From Euryarchaeota archaeon UBA557 (GTDB lineage Archaea > Thermoplasmatota > Poseidoniia > Poseidoniales > Thalassarchaeaceae), in contig DARI01000013.1 of assembly GCA_002503285.1 (NCBI GenBank), forward strand, positions 8,337 to 72,336: 64,000 bases of DNA, written 5' to 3'. Shown one piece after another: positions 16,978-28,554 of this stretch. Numbering within the stretch: position 1 is the first letter of the stretch; the number at the start of each line of letters is the position of its first letter. Under the pieces are notes generated by a model. That model worked only from the letters and a program-made list of their open reading frames with translations, did no database searches and was not told the origin of the DNA. The position numbers and the translations under genes are program-made.

Positions 16978-17598
16978 TTAAACAAACGGCAAAAGAATTA
17001 CCATAGCAACAAGAGGGAATAATATCATTGTAGCATTATCGTCTATATATTTTACTTGAGGTATTTCACCAAGAACTGTCAAAGGTGCAAGAAATATTGA
17101 AAGAATTATGGGGGTTTGTAGAAAATAACTACAACTAAACCAAATAAAGTATGAACATATGAGTCCAATAACTATCGCCATCTTAATATCTTTCATTTGC
17201 CTTTTAATTTCTCCCATTAATGGATCTACAAATGTTAATCCAAATATAATCGGAATTCCATATAATCCTGATTTAATTCCTCCAGTATCTCCACTTGGAG
17301 TAATTAGAAATACTAAAGAAACTGATAATGCTCCCCACGCTAAAGCCGACATTTGACTAGATTCATATTCCCTTTGACCTATGACGACTATTCCAAATTT
17401 TAATCTTATTATTTCAAGAATTAATATAGAGATGCAAATTATGCTAACTAATTGATCGATGTTTAAGTTCAAATTAGATGCAATATTTTCGCCCATAGTG
17501 TAGTAAATAATAGGTATTATGAACATAGAAATATGAGTTAATCGCCTAAATGTATGCCCGCCGAAACCACCAATTGAGTGTTCAACATGATCAACCAT
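16978..17598 (-). CDS. Polytopic membrane protein, possibly in the polyprenol/dolichol kinase-cytidylyltransferase-like family
   Basis: The product is 206 aa with about six hydrophobic helices. Resemblance to the CTP-dependent polyprenol kinase family is weak (FVDPLMGEIKRQ, IDDNAT), so the assignment is tentative. Confidence 0.45.
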   Translation of the reverse strand: MVDHVEHSIGGFGGHTFRRLTHISMFIIPIIYYTMGENIASNLNLNIDQLVSIICISILILEIIRLKFGIVVIGQREYESSQMSALAWGALSVSLVFLITPSGDTGGIKSGLYGIPIIFGLTFVDPLMGEIKRQMKDIKMAIVIGLICSYFIWFSCSYFLQTPIILSIFLAPLTVLGEIPQVKYIDDNATMILFPLVAMVILLPFV

Positions 17599-17639
17599 AA
17601 TATCCGTATTTGATGAATTATTAATCTAAAATCCCTCCA

Positions 17640-18518
17640 CTAATGTCCTAACTTGCATATTAAATCAACTGCCTGTTCAATTGTCATTATTCCCTCATCT
17701 AATTCTATCAGAATATCATTTAAAGAAGGGTGAGAAAGTAGTCGGGAATCCCAGGCTGAGAGAAGTCTTTCTTTAGTTCTTAGAATATTATTGGCAACAG
17801 TGTGCTGGCATGCCTCTATAGAATAAATTAATGATGAAATACCTTCGCCTGTAATAGCGGAAACAAGATGGACATCCGTATTGGAATTTTCATTCATATC
17901 TAAGGAGTACTTAATTGAATCAAAAGTTGCATGAGAACTGGGAATATCAGATTTATTAATTGCTACGATATCAGCTAACTCCAAAATTCCAGCTTTTTCG
18001 GCTTGAATTATATCTCCCATGTCAGGCCCTTCGACTAATAAAATCCTATCTGTGAATGCTATAATTCTAATTTGAGATTGCCCTGAGCCCACAGTTTCAA
18101 TGATTATTCTTGTCCAACCCGCTGCAGATAGTAAGTCGACCATTGGTGCTAGGGAATATGCCAATCCACCTGGGTGATTTCTTGTAGCTATAGATCTAAA
18201 GTAAACAGATTCGGATGAGTCAATTCCCTGCATTCTCATTCTATCTCCTAGAAGGGCACCGCCTGATTTTGGAGAAGATGGGTCGACTGCTAAAATTGCA
18301 ACTTTTTCCCCTTTTTTTAACCATTCAGATGTTAAAGTTCCAATAAGAGTTGATTTTCCAACCCCTGGTGGACCCGTTACACCTAGTGTCCAAGTTTTTG
18401 TTGGCGGAATATCAGGCCTAAATCCTGATTCAATTTTTGAAATTAATTTACCTAGACTTCGCCTATCTCCGTTCAAAGTTGAATGCAATAAGGTACCCTC
18501 ACTCAAATCCAACGCCAT
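17640..18518 (-). CDS. meaB: Methylmalonyl-CoA mutase-associated GTPase MeaB/ArgK
   Basis: The P-loop reads GVTGPPGVGKSTLIG. The family-typical DPSSPKSGGALLGDRMRM and INKSD motifs are present. The gene overlaps the upstream B12-binding subunit gene. Confidence 0.85.
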   Translation of the reverse strand: MALDLSEGTLLHSTLNGDRRSLGKLISKIESGFRPDIPPTKTWTLGVTGPPGVGKSTLIGTLTSEWLKKGEKVAILAVDPSSPKSGGALLGDRMRMQGIDSSESVYFRSIATRNHPGGLAYSLAPMVDLLSAAGWTRIIIETVGSGQSQIRIIAFTDRILLVEGPDMGDIIQAEKAGILELADIVAINKSDIPSSHATFDSIKYSLDMNENSNTDVHLVSAITGEGISSLIYSIEACQHTVANNILRTKERLLSAWDSRLLSHPSLNDILIELDEGIMTIEQAVDLICKLGH

Positions 18519-18949
18519 CCTTTGTCTTCTCCAACACCAACAGGTAAAGCATTATTTTTTCGATTATCAACCTCAGATAAAAAATCTGTGATGACGTGCG
18601 AGTATGTTCCTGGGCCAAAAATAGCCCTAACTCCTGAATTAAATAAATTATTATGATCTTTCTCTGGAATTATTCCTCCTGCGAATACCACTATATTATT
18701 CATGCCCGAATCTTTTAATTTTTGACATATTTTTGGGATGAGCACTTGATGTGCACCGGACAATGAAGATAGTCCTAGTGCGTCAGCGTCTTCATCCATA
18801 ACGATCCTATTAATCTCATCAGGTGTTTTCCGGATTCCGGTATAAATTACTTCGTGACCCGCATCTCTCAATATTCGAGTTATCACCTTGGCACCCCTAT
18901 CATGCCCATCGAGACCAGGTTTAGCAATCACTATTCGCATACCCTTCAT
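18503..18949 (-). CDS. Methylmalonyl-CoA mutase small (B12-binding) subunit
   Basis: IVIAKPGLDGHDRGAKVITRILRDAGHEVIY contains the DxHxxG cobalamin-binding motif. The size is about 148 aa. Confidence 0.85.
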   Translation of the reverse strand: MKGMRIVIAKPGLDGHDRGAKVITRILRDAGHEVIYTGIRKTPDEINRIVMDEDADALGLSSLSGAHQVLIPKICQKLKDSGMNNIVVFAGGIIPEKDHNNLFNSGVRAIFGPGTYSHVITDFLSEVDNRKNNALPVGVGEDKGWRWI

Positions 18950-19054
18950 TAGGGCCGATGGTATCGCATATTTTCAAATAACCCCAAGAGATTACATTTT
19001 ATTGCATCCTATACGGAATGCTCAAGGGCGTCCTTACTCAATCAGAAGTCAGAG

Positions 19055-20608
19055 ATGAGCGACAAGGAGGACAAGGCCGTTGATTTGCGGCTCAGAAAGA
19101 CACGTTCCAAATCAGGAGGCGGTAATGCTAGAATTGCATCACAACATGCAAAAGGTAAGATGACAGCACGAGAAAGAATAGATGTTTTATTCGATGAAGA
19201 TAGTTTTATGGAAATAGATTCTCTAGTCGAGCATAGGTGCCAAGACTTCGGAATGGAACGAAATATTATCCCTGGGGATGGAGTAATATGTGGACATGGG
19301 ACCATAGATGGGAAACTTGTATACTGCTTTGCCCAAGACTTCACAGTATATGGTGGATCACTGGGTGAAATGCATGGATTAAAAATATGTAAAATATTAG
19401 ATATGGCAATTAAAAGTGGTTCTCCTATAATTGGTTTAAATGATAGTGGAGGGGCTAGAATACAAGAAGGAGTAACAAGTTTAGGTTCATATGCTGAAAT
19501 ATTTTTTCGAAATGTAAGGGCAAGTGGAGTCATTCCCCAGATATCAGTGATTATGGGGCCATGTGCAGGAGGAGCAGTATATTCTCCAGCAATTACTGAC
19601 TTTGTAATTATGGTAGATAAGACTTCACATATGTTTATAACAGGACCGGAGGTAATTAAAACTGTAACAAATGAATCAGTTACATTTGAAGAATTAGGTG
19701 GTGCTGGAACTCATGGTTCAAAATCAGGTGTAACTCATTTTACTGCTGCAGATGATAAAGAAGCATTAGAAATAACAAAAGAATTAATTAATTTTTTACC
19801 TGCTAATAATTTAGATAAGGTCCCAACTAAGGAAACCAACGATTCATTTGATAGAGAATGTTTGGCATTAGATACAATAATACCAACAGACTCAAATCAG
19901 CCATACGATATGACCGATGTGATATACGAAATTTTAGATAACGGAGGGTTTTTAGAAATTCAGGCAGATTTTGCTCCAAACATAGTAATTGGTTTTGGTA
20001 GGTTAGGAGGGCATACTATAGGGATTGTTGCAAATCAACCGAAATTTTTAGCAGGGTGTTTGGACATTAATGCATCAATAAAAGCAGCACGTTTTATACG
20101 ATTTTGTGATTCGTTTAATATATCATTAGTTACTTTAGTTGATGTACCTGGATTCTTACCTGGTGCTACACAAGAGTGGGGAGGAATAATCAGACATGGT
20201 GCCAAACTATTGTATGCATATGCCGAGGCAACGGTACCGAAGCTTACTGTGATAACTAGAAAAGCATACGGAGGTGCTTATGATGTAATGTCCTCAAAAC
20301 ATATTCGTGGAGATTATAACATAGCATGGCCAACAGCAGAGTTGGCAGTCATGGGAGCAAGCGGCGCAGTACAAATTATCCACAAAAGAAGAATAAATGC
20401 CGCAATTAATCCCAATGAAGAACGTGAAAGACTAGTTGAGGATTATAATGAGAAATTTGCTAATCCATATAGGGCTGCTGCACTAGGATATATAGATGAT
20501 GTAATTAAACCAAGAAATACCAGAAAGGTACTAATTAGGTCGTTAGGCGCATTATTAGAAAAAGAAGAAATTAGGCCTTCTAGAAAACATGGAAATATCC
20601 CATTATGA
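19055..20608 (+). CDS. pccB: Acyl-CoA carboxyltransferase (propionyl-CoA carboxylase beta / methylmalonyl-CoA decarboxylase alpha family)
   Basis: The product is a 517-aa two-domain carboxyltransferase with [23 protein letters not shown] and AYGGAYDVM. Confidence 0.9.
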   Translation: MSDKEDKAVDLRLRKTRSKSGGGNARIASQHAKGKMTARERIDVLFDEDSFMEIDSLVEHRCQDFGMERNIIPGDGVICGHGTIDGKLVYCFAQDFTVYGGSLGEMHGLKICKILDMAIKSGSPIIGLNDSGGARIQEGVTSLGSYAEIFFRNVRASGVIPQISVIMGPCAGGAVYSPAITDFVIMVDKTSHMFITGPEVIKTVTNESVTFEELGGAGTHGSKSGVTHFTAADDKEALEITKELINFLPANNLDKVPTKETNDSFDRECLALDTIIPTDSNQPYDMTDVIYEILDNGGFLEIQADFAPNIVIGFGRLGGHTIGIVANQPKFLAGCLDINASIKAARFIRFCDSFNISLVTLVDVPGFLPGATQEWGGIIRHGAKLLYAYAEATVPKLTVITRKAYGGAYDVMSSKHIRGDYNIAWPTAELAVMGASGAVQIIHKRRINAAINPNEERERLVEDYNEKFANPYRAAALGYIDDVIKPRNTRKVLIRSLGALLEKEEIRPSRKHGNIPL

Positions 20609-20617
20609 GGTTTTACT

Positions 20618-20812
20618 ATGAGGAATGAAATTGATTTGAAGTTAATGGTTGCCGCGTTATCGGCAGTATTATTTTACGAAAATGAAGGAGATATATTAAT
20701 GATATCCAAAGCAAGAGAGAAGGGGAGTAATTGGATCCAAGATCAACGGAATTCCGGGCATGGTAAAAATGGATTATTACATACAAATAATAAGAGAAGT
20801 TTACTGAGATGA
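20618..20812 (+). CDS. Small ORF between the carboxyltransferase and BCCP genes, a possible small accessory subunit
   Basis: The 64-aa ORF starts 10 nt after the pccB stop, and its stop overlaps the BCCP start (ATGA). No motif was recognised. Confidence 0.35.
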   Translation: MRNEIDLKLMVAALSAVLFYENEGDILMISKAREKGSNWIQDQRNSGHGKNGLLHTNNKRSLLR

Positions 20813-21213
20813 TTTTATTGAGTGAAAATATAAAAGTTACAATAGATGGGGAAGATTATGAGGTTGAACTTAAAAAAAATGGAAATATGTGGACTGTAAC
20901 AGTAGAGGGTCGGAAATTTGAAATAACAACCAATAATCTAAAAAATAAAAAAAACAAAGTAAAGAGGAGGAAAAGAAAATTAAATTCAGATGGAGTAATC
21001 TCTTCAACGATACCAGGGAAGATCATCGTAATCAATAATAAAATTGGAGATAATGTAAAAGAAGGAGATGTATTAATTATTTTAGAAGCCATGAAGATGC
21101 AAAATGAAATAACTGCACCAATAAGCGGAAAAATTACAGAAATAAATTGCAAAACTGGAGGAAGCATAGAAGCCAATATGCCGTTAATAATTATTGACAA
21201 TATTGATAAATAA
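20809..21213 (+). CDS. Biotin carboxyl carrier protein (biotinyl domain)
   Basis: The C-terminal segment VLIILEAMKMQNEITAPISGKITEI contains the AMKM biotinylation motif. Confidence 0.8.
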   Translation: MILLSENIKVTIDGEDYEVELKKNGNMWTVTVEGRKFEITTNNLKNKKNKVKRRKRKLNSDGVISSTIPGKIIVINNKIGDNVKEGDVLIILEAMKMQNEITAPISGKITEINCKTGGSIEANMPLIIIDNIDK

Positions 21214-21235
21214 AGTTAAGTCAACTGGATTCTCT

Positions 21236-21898
21236 TCATATTAAGCCTAATGCATCTTCAATCCTGTTTAATTCTGGACCTGTAGATCCAGAGCCAACTA
21301 AAGCATGGGAATCACTAGACGTACATCCGGCACCTACGAATGGGGAACCAAATGTAACTGTTCCAACCATCAAAGGAACTTGTAGAGTATTCTCAATGAT
21401 TTCAACCTCCAAGGGAGTAATGTCTGGATGGGCTAGAACACCGTGGTTATTTGCCACTAAAAGGCTTCCAATTGAATCTTGGTGTGCAACTGTAGTAGTC
21501 AGTGATGGAACGCCCAATACATCTGAAATCATCTCCAATCCATCATCCGGTACAGTTGGACTGACTATAGCACCATTATTATTACATTCAATTAAATTGC
21601 CGGCAGCGTTGACGCCGCTTTGCATGACAACAACGTCACCAAAACTTGTTAATTCGTCTAATTCGTCTTGAAAGGCTATGTCTGCAACAGCAATACCATT
21701 TTTATTACCTCTGAGTAGGCTACCCAGTAATGCGGAGCCACCTATGAGAAAGGGTTGCATCTCCATCTGAAAGGACGTCTCCAGAAGTTCAACAGATGGA
21801 TTATCAAGTGATCTAGGATAAAATAAGACATCATTTACTATGCTTAAGTGAACTCCTATCTGAGAATGTCCGAATAAACCACCAGTTGAAATTCCCAT
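21236..21898 (-). CDS. eif6: Translation initiation factor 6 (aIF6/eIF6)
   Basis: The 220-aa product has a pentein-repeat pattern and the characteristic C-terminus ...GSGSTGPELNRIEDALGLI. Confidence 0.85.
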   Translation of the reverse strand: MGISTGGLFGHSQIGVHLSIVNDVLFYPRSLDNPSVELLETSFQMEMQPFLIGGSALLGSLLRGNKNGIAVADIAFQDELDELTSFGDVVVMQSGVNAAGNLIECNNNGAIVSPTVPDDGLEMISDVLGVPSLTTTVAHQDSIGSLLVANNHGVLAHPDITPLEVEIIENTLQVPLMVGTVTFGSPFVGAGCTSSDSHALVGSGSTGPELNRIEDALGLI

Positions 21899-21967
21899 AT
21901 TATATCATCCTCATTAAATATGGCTAAAGCTGATTAGTTGTAATGTTTGCGGGGAAAGAAGTAGAGA

Positions 21968-22085
21968 GGCACAACGATGAACGTTCCCGTGGGCTTTCGC
22001 ACCACAGTACAAGAAACAACGCAGGAGGGCTTGACTTCCGGGTTCGATATGGGACCGGGTATTACCCCTCCGCTATGGCCGTGCT
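21968..22085 (-). rRNA. rrf: 5S rRNA
   Basis: The reverse complement reads GCACGGCCATAGCGGAGGGGTAATACCCGGTCCCATATCGAACCCGGAAGTCAAGCCCTCCTGCG...CGTTGTGC. The terminal helix is GCACGGC/GTTGTGC. The ends are accurate to a few nt. Confidence 0.85.
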
Positions 22086-22106
22086 CAACTCTATCTTCGA
22101 ATTTAT

Positions 22107-22129
22107 GAATTGATATGCACTGTTGGACA
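22107..22129 (-). other. 3' half of the pre-23S processing helix (trailer)
   Basis: The trailer RNA TGTCCA-ACAGT-GCATATCAATTC pairs with the leader GAATTGATATGC-C-TGGACA at 25080-25098, as a perfect 12 bp plus 6 bp. Pairing continues inward (GAGG, CACATA, AGG blocks) toward the mature 23S ends. Confidence 0.7.
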
Positions 22130-22149
22130 GAGGCCCACATAGGCCTGGA

Positions 22150-25060
<2,911 letters not shown>

Positions 25061-25079
25061 CCTTATGTGAGTCCTCTGG

Positions 25080-25098
25080 TGTCCAGGCATATCAATTC
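25080..25098 (-). other. 5' half of the pre-23S processing helix (leader)
   Basis: This segment is complementary to 22107-22129 (see that entry). It lies about 20-40 nt upstream of the inferred mature 23S 5' end. Confidence 0.7.
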
Positions 25099-25281
25099 TG
25101 GCATCTCAGATCGCTCCGTCTCCCCGCAGGGCGGCGCAATCTCAACCACTTACCCTGATACCTGATAGTATCAAAGTGCACTAAAAGCAATTCGCCGACC
25201 TACCTGTGGTATATGAATTAACAGGATGAAAGTAATTTATTTTCTTCCGATGATTACTCATTATAACCGAGCCGAATTATG

Positions 25282-25542
25282 TCATTTAGGGGCTAATTCT
25301 ATGCCAAATGGTATACTTATAGAAATAGCGTATTGCGGAGCATTATTAATCCCGAAAGGTAATGAAAATGTTTGGTTAGTATTTTCGAAAATTAATTTGG
25401 AAGATTTTTCATTTTTTTCATCAAATATTAAGGTGTTTTTTTGTAGATTATTTCCTTCCTTAGTATCAATAATTAAACCTCCACAAAGTTGACATTGTGC
25501 TTCAATTACTCCGTCCATTCCGCACGTTCCGCAAGCTGCCAT
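25282..25542 (-). CDS. Possible small zinc-ribbon protein
   Basis: The N-terminal MAACGTCGMDGVIEAQCQLCGG gives a CxxC-x9-CxxC pattern. The ORF is on the same strand as the permease gene and 53 nt downstream of it. It competes with an implausible plus-strand ORF at 25226-25492. Confidence 0.35.
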   Translation of the reverse strand: MAACGTCGMDGVIEAQCQLCGGLIIDTKEGNNLQKNTLIFDEKNEKSSKLIFENTNQTFSLPFGINNAPQYAISISIPFGIELAPK

Positions 25543-25595
25543 AATCTACGTCAGCTGTATGTGACACTTGACTTTAACTCAATATTAAATAATAT

Positions 25596-27233
25596 TTATT
25601 CAGATTCAGCGTTTATAAATTTCTCATTACTTACACTGCTATCTCTGTACACGTACGGAGTAAGAGCTACGCTGATGATTGCCATTGCAGAAATAATTAT
25701 TATTGGATATGCAGTTGAAGGCCAACTAATTGTATATCTCACAAGGCAGTAAACCGTTGCTATCATCACTGTAAAGATCATCATAGGAAATCCAGTTCGG
25801 AAAAATGTATTAAATGAAATATCATTTCCTGACTCTTCTGCCAATCCAGCTGCAACTACGTTAGCAGATGCCCCTATGATGGTCCCGTTTCCTCCTAGGC
25901 ATGCACCTAGAGCCAATGCCCATGCTAACGGCCCCAATGGTAGTCCAAGTAGAGGATCTGATGCAAGTTCTATCACTACTGGAACCATAGTAGCAGTATA
26001 TGGAATATTATCTATAAATGCTGAAGCAATAGCTGAGACCCAGAGTAGTAAAAGAACTGCTATCATCAATCGATTTTCTTCTGATGTTTTGGATATTGCA
26101 TCTGATATCATTTCTGCTATCATCTCTATTAATCCCATGAATTCTAAACCGTGGATCATGATGAACAACCCAGCAAAGAAAATAATTGTTGTCCACTCTA
26201 CTGAATCTAATTGCTCTTCAACATGATGTGGCGAAGTTATCAAAAGCATTGCAACAGCGCCCCCCAACGCAATTGTGGCTACTGATAATAATGGATGAGG
26301 GAAGGCAGAATGAGCAAAAAATAACAATATTACAATCATAAGAATTATTCCTGATTTAATTAATAATTTCTTATCCTTAACGCCGTATCTGAGCCTCAAT
26401 AAGTCAATATTTCTGTGCCTCTCGCCACTCAAACCAGAATTATCAATTTTCCTTAAAATCCATAAAGAAGGAATCATACAGATAACAACAGCAGGTGCTA
26501 CATGAATAATGAAATCAGTAAATCCAATACTGGAGCTTTCAAGGACGGTCCCACTTAGGGCCTGCGCAGACAATTGAGCCCCAATTATTATATTTGGCGG
26601 GTCTCCGATTTGTGTAGCGGCACCTCCGATGTTTGAAAACATAACTTCTGCGATTATTAGTGGCACTGGCTCTAAATCTAATACTTTTGAAATTTGAATT
26701 GTCACTGGAACAATTAATAATATAGTAGTTACATTGTCTAAAAAGGCAGAGAAAACTGCAGTAATTATACACAAAATAAATGATAAGCGCCAAATTGACC
26801 CTCCGCTCTGAGCATATGCTTGGACGGCAGCCCATTCAAATATTCCAGTTTTAGAGAGAATATTAACAATTACCATCATGCCAATTAGAAGTCCAATTGT
26901 TTCCCAATCTATCCAAGTCATAATTGTAGATAAATTGGGCCCATCGCCGATAACGTGAAGAGAAATTACCGCTGCAATTCCGCCTACTGCTGCGGCCAAT
27001 GCACGGTGAACAATCTCAAATACTATTAAAGTATAAACTGCAGTTAAAATTATTATTGCTAATGGGACGCTCCATTCAGGCATATCTGGAGCTACCCAAC
27101 TAGTATCTGAGCTTGCAGCTTTAACGGGCGATATAGAGATAATTGCACTCATGAACAATATAAATGGTTGAATTAATTTCGATGTCGCCCGGCCCCGAAC
27201 TACTAGTTGCATGAGCCCGCCTAGAACAATCAT
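25596..27233 (-). CDS. ArsB/NhaD-superfamily ion/anion permease
   Basis: The polytopic product carries the family-typical AFLDNVTTILLIVPV and GGAATQIGDPPNIIIG segments, repeated in the second half (SAFIDNIPYTATMVPV, LGGNGTIIGASANVV). The start is uncertain. Confidence 0.75.
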   Translation of the reverse strand: MIVLGGLMQLVVRGRATSKLIQPFILFMSAIISISPVKAASSDTSWVAPDMPEWSVPLAIIILTAVYTLIVFEIVHRALAAAVGGIAAVISLHVIGDGPNLSTIMTWIDWETIGLLIGMMVIVNILSKTGIFEWAAVQAYAQSGGSIWRLSFILCIITAVFSAFLDNVTTILLIVPVTIQISKVLDLEPVPLIIAEVMFSNIGGAATQIGDPPNIIIGAQLSAQALSGTVLESSSIGFTDFIIHVAPAVVICMIPSLWILRKIDNSGLSGERHRNIDLLRLRYGVKDKKLLIKSGIILMIVILLFFAHSAFPHPLLSVATIALGGAVAMLLITSPHHVEEQLDSVEWTTIIFFAGLFIMIHGLEFMGLIEMIAEMISDAISKTSEENRLMIAVLLLLWVSAIASAFIDNIPYTATMVPVVIELASDPLLGLPLGPLAWALALGACLGGNGTIIGASANVVAAGLAEESGNDISFNTFFRTGFPMMIFTVMIATVYCLVRYTISWPSTAYPIIIISAMAIISVALTPYVYRDSSVSNEKFINAESE

Positions 27234-27279
27234 ACTAAATATATCACTATTGAATTTGTCAAGAGTACTGAAATATTGA

Positions 27280-27552
27280 TTATTTACCTGACCAGTATAC
27301 CGCTGTATTACCTCTATTGAATACTAAGATTGAATTAGATTCAGTCGCCATCAAATTAAAAAGTACTTTTCTTTTTTCAGCAGTTTCTACAACTCCTCGA
27401 TTAGCCTTTACTTTTATTAATCGGCGCCTATTAAGTTGATCTTTTAATTCATTAACGATTGATTCTGATAGGCCTTCATGGCCGATACGCACAGAAATTA
27501 GTGTATCCTTATCTTTAGCTTCCCTCAATATGTAATTAGGTATTTTATCCAT
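27280..27552 (-). CDS. YhbY/CRM-domain RNA-binding protein
   Basis: The 90-aa product reads ...ISVRIGHEGLSESIVNELKDQLNRRRLIKVK...VFNRGNTAVYW. It is colinear with the YhbY pattern (iG..GLt..v..Ei...L....LIKVK ... G.t.vlY). Confidence 0.65.
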   Translation of the reverse strand: MDKIPNYILREAKDKDTLISVRIGHEGLSESIVNELKDQLNRRRLIKVKANRGVVETAEKRKVLFNLMATESNSILVFNRGNTAVYWSGK

Positions 27553-27563
27553 TTTTTTTCCTC

Positions 27564-27893
27564 TTATGTTGTTTTTAATTTAAGCCGGTATGTATTATTG
27601 CAAATTTTGCAAGTGTTAGTTATGAATCCTTTCGAAAATCTGACTCTGGCATTATACCCAGGTATTAATGCAGACTCACATGTTCGGCATATTTTCTTGT
27701 AAATGTGGCTTGATGGGCGTATGCCGTGTTTTTTTCCCATTCTTACCAAAGAACGGGCGGCAGAATTCATTATTGTTAAGTCAGATTTACTATCTTCTAA
27801 AATTGCTGATAAAAAAATGACAGCCTTTTTTGCATTTTGTTTCCTTGCTCCAGAATTATTGTTGCTTCTATTTTTAGGCAATTTAATCACCAT
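27564..27893 (-). CDS. rnp4: RNase P protein component 4 (Rpp21/Rpr2 family)
   Basis: The zinc-ribbon segment CRTCESALIPGYNARVRFSKGFITNTCKICNNTYR matches the Rpp21 pattern C..C...L.PG.NarVR......tC..C. Confidence 0.7.
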   Translation of the reverse strand: MVIKLPKNRSNNNSGARKQNAKKAVIFLSAILEDSKSDLTIMNSAARSLVRMGKKHGIRPSSHIYKKICRTCESALIPGYNARVRFSKGFITNTCKICNNTYRLKLKTT

Positions 27894-28512
27894 TTATTTT
27901 AAAAAGTTTCTTAATTTCTAGTTCAACATTATTAATCGATTGATTTCCGTCAATTCTTGTTAAAATACCTTTACTTTCATACCATTCTGAGAGAGGGGAA
28001 GTTTGTTCATGATAAGAATTTAACCTATTAATAACTGCTACTTCATTATCATCTTTTCTTTGAATCAATCTGTCTTTTATTTCATTTGGAGCGGGCCTAA
28101 ATGTAAGATGGTAGATTTCGCCAGTTTCAGGATCCATTCTCCTCCCAACGATTCTTTTTACTATTTCTTTATCTGGGACCTCTATGCAAATCACAGATGA
28201 GATATCAACAATTGAAGAAAGAATTACTGCTTGATTTATTGTTCTTGGAAAACCATCAAATAACACTCCATTAGTTGCATCATCTTCTTTTAGTCTTTCT
28301 GATATTAGTTCAATTATTATATCATCAGGCACTAAAAGTCCTGATTCCATAAAAGATTTAGCTTTTTTCCCCAATTCAGTATTATTCTTTACTGAATTCC
28401 TGAGCATATCTCCAGTTGAAATTTGTGGCATGCCAGTTATTTCAGATATTATTACTGCTTGTGTCCCTTTTCCTGCCCCAGGAGGGCCAAAAAGTATAAT
28501 TGATTCAGCCAT
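27883..28512 (-). CDS. adk: Adenylate kinase (bacterial/eukaryal Adk type)
   Basis: The P-loop reads ILFGPPGAGKGTQA. The ISTGDMLR and DGFPRT motifs are present, and the lid has no cysteines. Confidence 0.9.
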   Translation of the reverse strand: MAESIILFGPPGAGKGTQAVIISEITGMPQISTGDMLRNSVKNNTELGKKAKSFMESGLLVPDDIIIELISERLKEDDATNGVLFDGFPRTINQAVILSSIVDISSVICIEVPDKEIVKRIVGRRMDPETGEIYHLTFRPAPNEIKDRLIQRKDDNEVAVINRLNSYHEQTSPLSEWYESKGILTRIDGNQSINNVELEIKKLFKINGD

Positions 28513-28554
28513 TAAATTCCTCCATTACGATTTCTTTGATAAGTAAATCTATTT

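Noticed and set aside
19042-19533. 163-aa minus-strand ORF
   Set aside because: It is antisense to the 5' part of pccB, whose carboxyltransferase motifs are unambiguous.
25226-25492. Plus-strand 88-aa ORF upstream of the 23S leader
   Set aside because: It overlaps the minus-strand zinc-ribbon ORF, which has a CxxC...CxxC motif and sits co-directionally after the permease gene. The plus-strand product has no features and would run into the rRNA promoter region.
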